Shown here: positions 27,754-38,059 of the stretch, piece after piece
Position numbering within the stretch: the first letter of the stretch is position 1
How the letters are laid out: each line of letters begins with the position of its first letter
Source of the DNA: an uncultured Solirubrobacterales bacterium
GTDB lineage: Bacteria > Actinomycetota > Thermoleophilia > Solirubrobacterales > Solirubrobacteraceae
NCBI GenBank assembly: GCA_963823315.1
Contig: CAWGLB010000011.1
Coordinates: forward strand, 70,698-134,697
Reading direction: 5' to 3'
Length of the DNA stretch: 64,000 nucleotides
Program-made: the position numbers and the translations under genes
The notes under the pieces: model-generated
Databases searched by the model: none
What the model saw: the letters and a program-made list of their open reading frames with translations, nothing else
Told to the model about the DNA's origin: nothing

Positions 27754-30143
27754 GGGGCTACTGCTTCTCCTTCGTTGGGTGCGAGCGTAACGCCGGCGGT
27801 GGCGAGGGTAGTGGCGCGGGCAAGTGCCGCCGTGTACCCATTCCGGCGTCAACGGCGTGTGGTTGGCGGCGATCCCCGACGGCGCAAGCGCGTCGTTGAC
27901 TGCGCTGACGACGGCGGCGGGGGCATTGACAGCGCCGCCCTCGCCCATTCCCTTGAAGCCGCCCGGCACCTGCGGCGAGGGCGACTCCAGATGACGCACG
28001 TCGATCGCGGGCACTTCGGCTGCGGTCGGCAGCAGGTAGTCCATGAGGCTCGTCGTCACGAGAGTTCCGTTCTCGTCGTAGACGAGCCGCTCGAGCAGGG
28101 CGCCGCCGATGCCCTGCGCGACCCCGCCCTGGACCTGCCCGTCGACGATCATCGGGTTCACGACCTTGCCGCAGTCCTCGACCACCACGTATCGCAGCAA
28201 ATGTACTGCGCCCGTGGCAGGGTCGAGTTCCACGTGCGCGGCGTGGACCGCGGCGGCAGAACGAACCGGGCTCCGGGGGCATGAACCGCCGGGTCACCTC
28301 CAGCCCCGGCTCCACTCCCGCCGGCAGCAGATGCGGCTCGTGCAGAGCGCGCCGCGCCACCGCCGCGATCGGCATGCCGCGCGAGGGGCTGCCGCGCAGG
28401 ACGACCGCTCCGTCCTGAACGACGAGGTCGTCAGGACGCGCTTCGAGCATCTCGCCGGCGAGCGAGAGGATCTTCTCACGCAGCTCGCGGGCGGCGATGA
28501 TCGTGGCGCCACCGCAGCACACCGTGCTTCGGCTGGCCCAAGTCCCGAGGCCGTAGGGGACGATCGCGGTGTCGCCGTAGACGACCTCGACATCGTCTAC
28601 GGCGACGCCAAGCTCCCCGGCGGCGATCTGCGCGATCGTCGTCTCGTGGCCTTGACCGTGGTTGTGCAGCCCCACCGCCACGCGCACGCGTCCGTCGGGC
28701 TCGAACCTGACCGACGCCGTGTCGTAGCCGAAGGTCATCTCGAGCTGTCGCGAGCCCATCGTCTTCGCCCCATACGCGGATTGCTCGACCGCAAAAGCGA
28801 GCCCCAGGCCACGGAACCGCCCGGCAAGGCGCTGCGCGTGGTTCTCGGCCCTGGTGGCTTGCCAGTCCACTGCTTGCTCGAGCATGTCGAGCATCCGCAA
28901 GTAATTGCCTGACTCGAACACGAGCCCGGTCGCGGTGGTATAGGGGAACTCCCGCACCAGGTTTCGGCGGCGCACCTCGAGCGGATCGATCCCCAACCGC
29001 CGAGCGAGCTCGTCCATCACCCGCTCCATCGATAGGGCCGCCAGCACCCGCCCGACGCCGCGGTACGGGCCCATCGGCGCCTTGTTGGTCACCACTGCGC
29101 GCACACGCCGCTCATAGCAGGGAATCGCGTAAGGGCCGGTGACGTTTCGGACGCCTGGCCGGAGTCGAGGCCCGCCGTGAAAGGCCAGGGCGCGTACGCG
29201 CCGTTCGAGGCCTGGATGTCGGCGGTTACGGCGAGCAACTCGCCGTCAGCCGTGGCGGCGGCGCGGATCCGATTGACCTGCTCACGCCCGTGAGTCGTCG
29301 CCTGGAGGTCCTCAGCGCGGTCAGCGACCCATTTGACCGGCGCTCTCAGCAGCGTCGAGGCAGCCGCTACCGCCACATCCTCTTGGTAGAGCACGCACTT
29401 GGCGCCGAAGCCCCGCCGACGTCCGGCGCGATCACTCGCACCCGGTTCTCCGGCAGGTTGAGGTGGCGTGCCAGGCCGGTGCGTGCGATATGGGGGACCT
29501 GCGTCGAGAGCCACGCGGTCAGCGTCCCGGCCGTCGGGTCGTAGCTTGCTACCGCGACGCGGCCTTCGAGCGCCGCTGCGCAGTAGCGCTGCTGTCTGAT
29601 CTCGAGTTCGATCAGCTCATCCGCCTGCGCAAATGCGCCTGCCACGTCGCCGATGCTCTGCTCGAAGCTGTTGAACAGGTTCTCGGGTACTTCCGCGTGG
29701 ATCTGCGGCGCCCCCTCGGCCAGGGCGTCGTCCATCGCCAGCAGCGCCGGCAGGGGATCCACGGTCACCCGCACTGACGCTGCTCCGTCTTCCGCGCGGT
29801 AGCGGTCCTCCGCCACGACCAGTGCCAGCGGCTCGCCGACCATCCGGACTTTGTCGTGCGCCAAAACAGGTGTGTCGCACGGCCGGTATCCCGGCGCGCG
29901 GGAGATCGCCCGTATCGGGCGCACGGTGCTGGCCAAATCGGCCGCGGTGAACACCGCGACCACGCCTGGCAGCTGGCGCGCAGTGGAGACATCGACCTCC
30001 AGCACGTTGGCATGCGCGTTGGTGCTGCGCACGAAAGCGGCGTGCAGCTGCCCCGGCAACATGACATCGCTGACGTAGCGCCCCCGCCCACGCACCAAAC
30101 GAGCGTCCTCTTTGCGCAGAACGCGGGCTCCGAGGGCGGGCAT
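27750..30143 (-). CDS. CoxL/Xdh-family Mo-hydroxylase large subunit (about 5 frameshifts)
   Basis: RKEDARLVRGRG, DVGG(G)FGAK, TNKAPMGPYRGVG, HNHGQGHETTIAQ, GTWASRS, GFKGMGEGG; GTGA overlap with coxM. Confidence 0.88.
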
Positions 30144-30149
30144 CAGCGA

Positions 30150-30358
30150 TCACCCCCGTGCGTCGGACGTAGCAGGCGGGCGCGGGGCCGCCCCGTCGCC
30201 AGGCACCCCTTGTCCCAGGTCGTGCACTCCGTCGACCCCGGCGTCGATCGCGCGGTGGGCGCCCGCCGCGAACGTCTGAACCCCCTTCGGGACCTCATTG
30301 TTGGAGGCCCGTGGCACGGGCGTCCGATGAGCGCGTTCGGCACATCGAGGCTAGCGAC
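30150..30358 (-). pseudogene. Old-yellow-enzyme (NADH:flavin oxidoreductase) gene remnant
   Basis: Manual translation PVPRASNNEVPKGVQTFAAGAHRAIDAGVDGVH matches the OYE pattern PRxxxxxEIxxxVxxFAxAAxRAxxAGFDGVE. Confidence 0.6.
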
Positions 30359-30469
30359 TGCAGGTCCGCAATGCTCGACTGGCTTCCTGCGTGGGCGATC
30401 TGCGCCGGCACAGAAGACGTCTCTCAACGCAACACAGATTTGTGGCAACGCAGGGGCGGAACCGCGCAA

Positions 30470-30479
30470 TTTGTATTAC
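30470..30479. promoter_or_regulatory. Candidate GntR operator TTTGTATTAC upstream of the coxL-M-S-deaminase operon
   Basis: Identical to 11843-11852; in an AT-rich patch of a divergent intergenic region. Confidence 0.5.
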
Positions 30480-30608
30480 TTTAGACGCATGGTGTCAAGC
30501 ACCGACCTCGGGTGTTGGGATACTTCGCCTGGTCTGGGTGGAGTCGCTCCGCGCGCGCCCCGGATCGGGTCGTTGGTACCGCCGACCGACCGCGATACGA
30601 CCATTCCG

Positions 30609-31565
30609 GTGCTCGATGCAGAAGCGCTCCTTCGTCGCTCGGCTCGGCCCCTGGTTCTTGGCATGGGCGGCGGCGGGGACGTAGTAGGCGCACTCGCCAC
30701 TGCGGAATTCATGCGCCTCTATGACGGCGCAGAACCGATTCTCGGCGGCCTCTCGTGGGAGCGTCGTTCGGTCGATCCTGTCCCTGGCCCACGTAGGTTC
30801 GCCGAGATCGAGCATGTAGAGGAGATCGCGCCGGGGATCATGCTCACGGGCCCCGAGACGCGAGTGCGCGGGAGGGACGTGTATTTCGCGGAGTCTCGGA
30901 TTGCAGGGCTTCTCCGGCAATCCACCCTGCTTGTTGACGTCCACGACGGTCCGGCCGCGATCGCTCGGGGACTTGCCAAAGGCATCGCCCGCCTAGAGCG
31001 CGACCTGATCGTGTTCGTTGACGTCGGAGGCGATGTCCTGGCCCGTGGCGATGAGGCGGGACTACGCAGCCCACTATGTGATGCGTTGATGCTGGCCGCT
31101 GCCTCACGGCTCGCGTCTGCAGGCTATCCCGTACTGCTGGGGATATTCGGGATTGCCTGCGACGCGGAGTTAACACTCGGCGAGGTGCTCGCGCGGCTTG
31201 CGCTGGTCGCGTCCGCCGGAGGCCTTTGCGGTGCTCGCGGGCTCACGGGCCCGGTCGCGCAGCGGCTCGAGGAAGCGGTGTCGGTCGTGCCGACAGAGGC
31301 GAGCGCCCAAGCGCTACGGGCGTTTCGCGGCGCCTCGGGGCTCGCCAAGATCCGAGACGGAGCCAAAGAGCTTGAGCTGTCGTCGATCGCAGCCCTCACT
31401 GTTTATCTTGACGTCGACTCGACGGTTCGGGCGACCGGTCGACTATCACGCGCAGTGGCTGGCGCAGTTAGCCTTGATGCAGCAAACGTGGCTCTACATC
31501 GCCTCGGGGCGTCGACCGAGCTCGACCTCGAGCGCCAGGCGGCTTCGTCATTGTCCGCCCATTAA
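30609..31565 (+). CDS. DUF1152-family protein (start approximate)
   Basis: LVLGMGGGGDVVGA, FVDVGGDVLARGDEAGLRSPLCDA, PTEASAQA. Confidence 0.8.
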   Translation: MLDAEALLRRSARPLVLGMGGGGDVVGALATAEFMRLYDGAEPILGGLSWERRSVDPVPGPRRFAEIEHVEEIAPGIMLTGPETRVRGRDVYFAESRIAGLLRQSTLLVDVHDGPAAIARGLAKGIARLERDLIVFVDVGGDVLARGDEAGLRSPLCDALMLAAASRLASAGYPVLLGIFGIACDAELTLGEVLARLALVASAGGLCGARGLTGPVAQRLEEAVSVVPTEASAQALRAFRGASGLAKIRDGAKELELSSIAALTVYLDVDSTVRATGRLSRAVAGAVSLDAANVALHRLGASTELDLERQAASSLSAH

Positions 31566-31990
31566 CTCGACTCCCTCATCGATTGGGAGACGATCGCGAG
31601 CGCCTCGATCTCGATCAGGAACTCTGGTCGCACGAGCCGCTGAACCACCAGGAGCGTGTTAGCCGGATAGCGCCCGTCGGGAAAGTAGGCCGGCCAAAGT
31701 CGCGCCCGCTCTGCGTAGAACAAGCTGATGTCCTCGGCTCGCACCAGGTAGGTCGTAAACTTCAGTACGGACTTTAGGCCGCCGCCGTCCGCCAGGATGG
31801 TCTCGAGCGACCCGAGCGCGGCTCGCATCTGGCCTTCGAAGGATCCCGCAAATGGCTCACCTTCCGAGTTGACGGCGACCTGCCCGGCGACTGCCACCAC
31901 GCATGCCCCCGGCGGGGCTGCGACAGCGTGCGAGTACAGCCCAATGGGGGCAGGGACGCCCTCGACGGCCATGATCATCGGCCTGCTCAC
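31562..31990 (-). CDS. RidA/YjgF-family enamine/imine deaminase-like protein
   Basis: APIGLYSHAV, VAGQV, YPANTLLVVQRLVRPEFLIEIEA. Confidence 0.88.
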   Translation of the reverse strand: MSRPMIMAVEGVPAPIGLYSHAVAAPPGACVVAVAGQVAVNSEGEPFAGSFEGQMRAALGSLETILADGGGLKSVLKFTTYLVRAEDISLFYAERARLWPAYFPDGRYPANTLLVVQRLVRPEFLIEIEALAIVSQSMRESS

Positions 31991-32916
31991 GCCGGGATTC
32001 CTTTTCGTAAGGCTCTTTCAGCGTCGCTCCTCATGGAGACGGGTTGCGCCACGACTCGGTTGCGCAGGGTCCCAATCCCTTCGACGGTGGCTTCGATGGT
32101 GTCGCCGTCGGCCAGGAACTCCGGCGGCGTGCTTCTCAAGCCAATCCCAGGAGGGGTACCGGTGGCAATCACATCGCCCGGCTCCAAAGTTGTTACGCGC
32201 GAAATGCTCTCGATAAGCGCCCCGGCATCGAAGAGAAGCTGGCTGGTGCGCGCCAGTTGCTTCCGCCGGCCGTTGACTTCCAGGCTGATCTCAAGGTCGG
32301 GAGTGACCCCCAATTCGTCGCGTGTGACCACCCATGGCCCGACCGGAGTGGCGGCGTCAATGTTCTTGCCAATGAACCACTGGACGTGCTCTCGCTGAAG
32401 ATCACGGGAGGTGATGTCGTTGATGACCGTATAGCCGGCGATTAGCCGACCGGCTTCCTCTCGGCGCACATAGCGTCCTGGGGCACCGATCACGACACCC
32501 AGCTCAACCTCCCAGTCGAACTCTGAAGAGACCTTTGTCGACAATTCGAGTTCCGCATTCGGCGGAGCCACGGCGCTTGCGGACTTCAGGAAGATGACCG
32601 GCTTCGTAGCCGCCTCAGCAACCAAAGCATCGGCTGAGTCTGGTTGATGCTCAAGGTAGTTGCTGCCGACGCAAATTACGCCCCGTAGGGTGTCGGCCAC
32701 GGGGGCCAAGAGGGTCACGTCAGTTATTTCGTGGATCCGCCCGTTTAGTCCCTGCTCGATGGCGTCAGTGCATCCAGCTGCCGCGAGTACGAGCGCATCT
32801 CGAATTCCGAAGTCGAGCTCGCGCACCCTGCTCTCGGCAACCGCGCCGACGCATTGCTGACCGTTCAGGCTATAGCGGGATAGCCACACAGATGTGCCTC
32901 CAGCGTTCAGACCCAA
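31987..32916 (-). CDS. Fumarylacetoacetate hydrolase-family protein
   Basis: ICVGSNYLEH, FDWEVELGVVIG, INDITSRDLQ, GKNID, GDVIATGTP. Confidence 0.92.
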   Translation of the reverse strand: MGLNAGGTSVWLSRYSLNGQQCVGAVAESRVRELDFGIRDALVLAAAGCTDAIEQGLNGRIHEITDVTLLAPVADTLRGVICVGSNYLEHQPDSADALVAEAATKPVIFLKSASAVAPPNAELELSTKVSSEFDWEVELGVVIGAPGRYVRREEAGRLIAGYTVINDITSRDLQREHVQWFIGKNIDAATPVGPWVVTRDELGVTPDLEISLEVNGRRKQLARTSQLLFDAGALIESISRVTTLEPGDVIATGTPPGIGLRSTPPEFLADGDTIEATVEGIGTLRNRVVAQPVSMRSDAERALRKGIPA

Positions 32917-32977
32917 GCAACGTCTGATGTGCCTGCGATTGTAAGGAGAGGGATAGAGACGAAGTCGCCTTCTTGCA

Positions 32978-34282
32978 TCACAATGTCATGCTCAAAGGCC
33001 CTGATCCTGCATCATATTGGTCGCTTTTCAGAACGAGGCACGGAGCGATGATCACGTTCTGGTAGATGCTGCGCACGATCACTCCCTGTTCGTCCCGGAC
33101 GCGATCGGCTATCTCCTGGCGACGGGCCGAGGGTTGCTTGGTCTCCTTGTCCACGACCAGCTCGACCGACGCCGGTAGGCCTGCACCGCGCACGTCGCCA
33201 ACCGCCGATAGCTCCAGCAAGCCCTGGAGCGAGCTCAGCAGCCTCGCGCCCACGGTGAGCGCGTTTGAGGCGAGGTCCTTGCGCTCGATGATGTTCAGGT
33301 TGCGCAGCGCCACCTCACAGGCGACGGGATGCCCGCAATAGGTGTAGCCACGCATGAAGCCAGTCTCGGAGTTCTTGATGGTCGAGCCGACCTCGCCCGA
33401 GGCGAGCACCGCGCCGAGCGGCAGGTAGCCGCTCGTAAGCCCTTTGGCAGTTGTGATGAGGTCGGCCTCGATCCCATATGAAGGCGATGCAAACCAGGCG
33501 CCGAGGCGCCCGAACGCCGTGACCACCTCGTCGGCGATGAGGAGGATCCCGTGCCGGTGGCAGATTTCGGTGACCGCTTCCCGTAGTCGCGTGGGGGCAC
33601 GATGACGCCGCCGACCGTCAGCACCGGCTCGCCGATGTAGCGGCGATGCGCTCGGCTCCCAGCCGCTCGATGGTCTCCTCCAGCTCGCGCACGCAGAACT
33701 CGAACGGATCCTCGCCTCCGAACAGCTCATCGCGGTAGGGGCAGGGCGTCGTGAGGTGGAAGAAACCACCGGGCAGCTCTCCGAATCCATTCTTGATGCC
33801 TTCCACCCCCGTCGCCGCGAACGCCCATAGGTCATCCCGTGGCAGGAACGGCCCAGCGAGAGAATCATCGTGCGGTCGGGCTCTCCGCGGAGATAGTGGT
33901 AGAGCCGCGCCATCTTGATGGCGCTCTCGCAGCTCTCCGACCCGTCTTGGTGAAGAACACGTAGTCGATGCCGGCGGGCGCCAGGTCCACAAGCCGCGCG
34001 CGAGGCGGGCGGACGGCTCGTTGCCGAAGTTCCAGAACAGCGGCGAGTACTCAAGCTCGCCGATCTGGGCGGCGGCCACCTCTGCCGAGCTCGCGACGAC
34101 CATGCCCGCTCTCGTACAGCTGGATCCCGCCCCGCGCGTCCAGGTATTCAACGGTCGCTCGCATCCCAGTAGCTCGAGCCCTGGCCGCGGACGAGCATCA
34201 GCGAGGAGCCCGGGAAGCTCCAGGGGTGGATCACATGCTCGAGATCCCACCGTGCGAGATCGGCGTGTGCCGGCATTGCCAT
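32978..34282 (-). pseudogene. Class III PLP aminotransferase, multiply frameshifted with N-terminal loss
   Basis: DLEHVIHPW, GSESCESAIKMAR, LIADEVVTAFGRLG, TTAKGLTSGYLPLG, GYTYCGHP; the DGxxGLW segment is missing. Confidence 0.82.
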
Positions 34283-34319
34283 CACGTGATCGGGGCGAGT
34301 CTCCCTCGCGCCGTAAAGG

Positions 34320-35912
34320 CTAGGAGTCCTCGCCGGCGGCGGTGCCGGCGTAGACCGGCGTCGCTTGCCGGGCGGCGCCGTCATGCACCGAGACGATGTT
34401 GACGATCGCGCTGCTCGGCAGCGGGGTGTCCTCGACCACCCGCGAGAACCCAAGCAGCTTTTTCAGCCCGGCGGCCCGCGGCACCAGCGCGCGGCTGAGC
34501 GCGACGAACGCGACATACAAGACGGCGGCCAAGACCCAGGCCTCCAGCGGGCCAGGCCCCCAATAGCGGTTGGGGTTCTCACCGGGGAAGATGCCCGTGG
34601 CCCAGGCGCCGTAGAAGACCGAGATGCCCAGCGCCACGATCGCGGGCCAGTTGCCGATCGATGCCTCCCTCCACTTGGGAATGCGGATCAGCGGTCGGGA
34701 GATTCCGAACAGCCGTGGGAGCACGAAGTGATCGACGACCATGATCGTGGTCGCGCATGGAGCGGTCACGGCCAGGAAGGCGGCGACCTTGAGGAAGCCG
34801 TTGGTGAGCACGTAGTTGACCAGGTAACCGGCCAGAGCGCCGATGCAGGCGCAGATCAGGCACGAGTACAGCCGCTTCCAGAACCGCAGGTTGCCGAAGA
34901 TGTTCTGGAAGGCGTTGATGGCCTCGTAGTAGTTACCGTCGTTGATCGCAAACTGGCTGATCGTGGCGAGGATCCAGGCGAGCCAGAAGGCGCCGAACAG
35001 CGAGAAGTGGGTGGAGTATCTGACGACGGTGCCAAATTGGGTGGACCCGGCGAACTGGGCCATCATCCAGCCACCGATCGTGAACAGCAGGAAGCCCACG
35101 GCGAGCGCAAACGCGAACGCGGGGATGGGCCAGGTGAACTTTGGCTTGCCGTAGCGATAGACGTCGGGCTCGTTGCCCCACATCGCGAAGCCGAGCACGG
35201 TCCCGACCACCTGCCAGAAGGCGAGCCCGGTCGCGTTCTTGGGGTGAGCGCCGAGCATCGCCGAGTGGTCGATCAAGCCGCGGATGACCATGTAGGCCAC
35301 CCAGAGCATGATCAGGGGCGTCACGATGTAGCGGGCGAACGTGCTGATCCCGGTGAAGCCGAAGAGGTTGTTGAAGATCATCACGCCGCAGAGCACGATC
35401 GTCAAAAGCTCCACGGCGCCCCAGCCGTAGAGGCCGTTCCAGATCTGGACCATCAGACCGCCCTGGAATCCCACCCACCCGAGGGAGCCGAGGACCAGAA
35501 GCGCCGAGACGATGTACGAGCCCGTGACCCCGAAGATGGAGCGGGTCAGCAGGGACATCGTCTGTCCAGTGCGGGAGCCCAAGTACGCGCCGAAGATCGC
35601 GTAGGCGAAGTAGATGGCGAGACCGAGCGCCGTGACGCCGATGGTCCCCGGCAGGGTGAAGCCGGCGTCATGGACCTCCGTCCCCACGAACAGGAACGAG
35701 AAGCCCGCGGCGAAGGTGGTCCAGAGCGAGATGAAGTGGGTGATGGGGCGACGTTTGTTGAGCGGCACGATGCCCGTGGAGTAGTCGTGGGCGATCGACT
35801 CCTGGATCGTCTCGCGCTCGATCTCGAGATCGCTGGCGAAGTAGTCCTCGACCTCCCGCGCCAGATGCTCCGCGCCGTGGTCGCCCTGCTCCCCGTGGCT
35901 GGTCCCGGGCAT
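34320..35912 (-). CDS. NCS1/CodB-type purine-cytosine permease
   Basis: HDYSTGIVP, GSRTGQTMSLLTRSIFGVTGS, EPDVYRY; about 12 TM helices; divergent from codA. Confidence 0.9.
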   Translation of the reverse strand: MPGTSHGEQGDHGAEHLAREVEDYFASDLEIERETIQESIAHDYSTGIVPLNKRRPITHFISLWTTFAAGFSFLFVGTEVHDAGFTLPGTIGVTALGLAIYFAYAIFGAYLGSRTGQTMSLLTRSIFGVTGSYIVSALLVLGSLGWVGFQGGLMVQIWNGLYGWGAVELLTIVLCGVMIFNNLFGFTGISTFARYIVTPLIMLWVAYMVIRGLIDHSAMLGAHPKNATGLAFWQVVGTVLGFAMWGNEPDVYRYGKPKFTWPIPAFAFALAVGFLLFTIGGWMMAQFAGSTQFGTVVRYSTHFSLFGAFWLAWILATISQFAINDGNYYEAINAFQNIFGNLRFWKRLYSCLICACIGALAGYLVNYVLTNGFLKVAAFLAVTAPCATTIMVVDHFVLPRLFGISRPLIRIPKWREASIGNWPAIVALGISVFYGAWATGIFPGENPNRYWGPGPLEAWVLAAVLYVAFVALSRALVPRAAGLKKLLGFSRVVEDTPLPSSAIVNIVSVHDGAARQATPVYAGTAAGEDS

Positions 35913-35928
35913 CCTTTAGTCCTCCAAT

Positions 35929-35937
35929 TTTGGATCC
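35929..35937. promoter_or_regulatory. Candidate FCD-GntR operator TTTGGATCC between the permease and codA
   Basis: Same 9-mer at 38060-38068, just upstream of the adjacent GntR gene. Confidence 0.55.
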
Positions 35938-35998
35938 GTTGATGCAATGTGGAGCTTAAGGTGAAGCTCGGATGAATACAAGCGATGGAGGTACATCC

Positions 35999-37305
35999 AT
36001 GTACGCGCAGGACCCCCGCCATGACCTCGACCTGATCATCCGGCGCGCCCGTCGCCCGGAAGAGCACGGCCTCGTAGATATCGGCATGGCCGATGGCCGC
36101 ATAACTGCCGTCGAGCCTCGACTCGAGGACGAAGCTGCCGCCGAGCTCGACGCGGGGGGCCGCCTCGTCACCGCGCCGTTCGTGGACAGCCACTTCCACC
36201 TCGACGCCGTCCTTACGGCGGGACACCGCGGCGCAACTCCTCGGGGACGCTGCTCGAAGGAATCTCGTTGTGGGGCGAGCTGCAGCCGCTGCTCACGGCC
36301 GAGGGCCTCAAGGAGCGAGCGCGCGAGTACTTGCGCTGGTGCATCTCGCAGGGCGTCCTTTACTTGCGCAGCCACGTCGACGTGTGCCAGCCATCGCTGC
36401 TGGGGGTGCGTGCGCTGGTGGAGGTTCGCGAGGAGCTGCGGGGCCTGATCGATGTGCAGCTGGTGGCGTTCCCCCAGCACGGGCTGCTGCGCTATCGAGA
36501 CGGCGAGCGCCTGCTCGATCAGGCCCTCGACCTCGGGGTCGACGTGGTGGGCGGGATCCCCCACTACGAGCGCACCCGCGAGGAAGGAGTGCGGAGCATC
36601 ACCGCCCTGATGGAACGGGCGCAGCGACGGGGCCTGGCCGTCGACATGCACTGCGACGAGACCGACGATCCCAATTCCCGCTTCGTCGAGGTTCTGGCCC
36701 GGGAGACGGTTGCGCGGGGGATGGAGGGTCGGGTGACGGGCAGCCACCTAACCTCGCTGCACTCGGTCGACAACGCATATTTCGCCAAGCTGCTGGGTCT
36801 GCTGGTCGAGTCCGAGCTGCGCGTGGTGTCCAACCCGCTGTTGAACATGATCACGCAGGCGCGCGCTGACACCTATCCCAAGCGTCGTGGCCTGACGCGG
36901 GTGGGGGAGCTGATGGACGCCGGCCTGACCGTCAGCTTCGGTCACGATTGCACGCTCGACCCGTGGTATCCCCTCGGCGCGGCGGACATGCTCGACGTGG
37001 CCTTCATGGGCCTGCACGCCTGCCAGCTGTCGGGCGAGCACGAGATTCCGCGCATGTTCGAGGCGATCACCGTCAACGGGGCCCGCACGCTCGGGGTCGA
37101 GGGCTACGGACTGGCGCCTGGCTGCGGAGCCGATGCTGTGCTCCTCGATGCCCATGACGTGATCGACGCGCTGCGCACGCATCCGGCGCGCCTGGCGGTC
37201 GTGCGGGGCGGCCGGGTGATCGCGCGCACCACCGCGCCACAGCGGGAGGTCATGGCCGGCGAGCTCGCGGGAGAGGTGGCATTCCGCCAGCCCGCTTTTC
37301 GCTGA
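35999..37305 (+). CDS. codA: Cytosine deaminase CodA (single -1 frameshift near 36226)
   Basis: DSHFHLD, SGTLLEGISLWGEL, RSHVD, VAFPQ, GGIPHYE, DMHCDETDD, GSH, FGHDC; restoring one C in CACC gives GHPRRNSSGTLLEG. Confidence 0.9.
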
Positions 37306-37320
37306 CGTCAGAGACGTCTC

Positions 37321-38040
37321 TTAATGCCAGAACTGGAGCCGGTCCAGGTAGTCGAGCAGGATCTCCGAAGCGTGGAGGATGTGGTTGCGCATCTCTCTAC
37401 GCGCGCGTGAGGCGGTGCCAGTGGCAAGCGCATCGCGGATGCGGGCGTGCTCATCTAGATTGAGGGCGCGGATCTCCTCGGCCGAGGTCACAGCACGCAA
37501 CACGTAGTCCTTGGGAAAGAAGTCCTGTAGCTCGGCGATTAAAGAGCGGAGCCGCCCATTGCCAGAGGCCCGGGCGATGGCCCCGTGAAACTCGGCGTTT
37601 GCGCGAGCAAGCTGACTGTCGAGCGAGTCCTGGGCCCCGCCGGCAAGCTTCTCTTGCCCATGGATCATGACGGCCTCGGTCACGAGGACCGTCGCTCTGT
37701 CAAGGTCGTCCAAAAGCTCCTGGCTAACGTGGCTGCGCGCCAGATCACACGCGTAGCCCTCGAGCTCGGAGCGCAGGTTGCAAACGTCGATGAGCTCGTC
37801 GCGGCTAGGAACTCGGACGGTCGCGCCCTTGTTTGGCACCAGCACCACCAAATGCTTGGCCTGGAGCTTGCGAAGCGCCTCCCGTACCGGCGTTCGGCTG
37901 ACGCCAAAGCGCTCGCACAGTTCATCCTGGAAGAGGTGTGTCCCGGGCGGATGCTCCCCGGCCAAGATCGCTCCCTGAATTCGAAGCGCGATCTCGTCGG
38001 CCAGGCTCGTGATCGTGATTTGTTCAGCGGGTGTGCTCAC
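37321..38040 (-). CDS. GntR-family regulator, FCD type
   Basis: QDELCERFGVSRTPVREALRKL; ANAEFHGAIARASGN; DEHARIRDAL. Confidence 0.93.
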   Translation of the reverse strand: MSTPAEQITITSLADEIALRIQGAILAGEHPPGTHLFQDELCERFGVSRTPVREALRKLQAKHLVVLVPNKGATVRVPSRDELIDVCNLRSELEGYACDLARSHVSQELLDDLDRATVLVTEAVMIHGQEKLAGGAQDSLDSQLARANAEFHGAIARASGNGRLRSLIAELQDFFPKDYVLRAVTSAEEIRALNLDEHARIRDALATGTASRARREMRNHILHASEILLDYLDRLQFWH

Positions 38041-38059
38041 GGCAGCTAGGCGATCGTAC

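Noticed and set aside
3-30143. Aerobic CO dehydrogenase (cox) cluster
   Set aside because: The readable active-site loops are TYRAPG and PYRGVG, not VAYxCSFR, and the context is heterocycle catabolism
29856-30608. N-terminal extension of the 569-aa ORF containing DUF1152
   Set aside because: Overlaps coxL antisense and intergenic DNA; family-like sequence starts only near 30609
34365-35942. 525-aa plus-strand ORF, and similar long ORFs at 51241-52839, 61784-63121, 41898-43055 and 38510-39586
   Set aside because: Antisense shadows of well-supported genes, expected from high-GC codon bias; no recognisable motifs
36200-36260. Programmed ribosomal frameshift in codA or in the Mo-enzyme genes
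   Set aside because: No slippery heptamer or stimulatory structure seen; a single missing base in a short run is more simply a sequencing error or mutation
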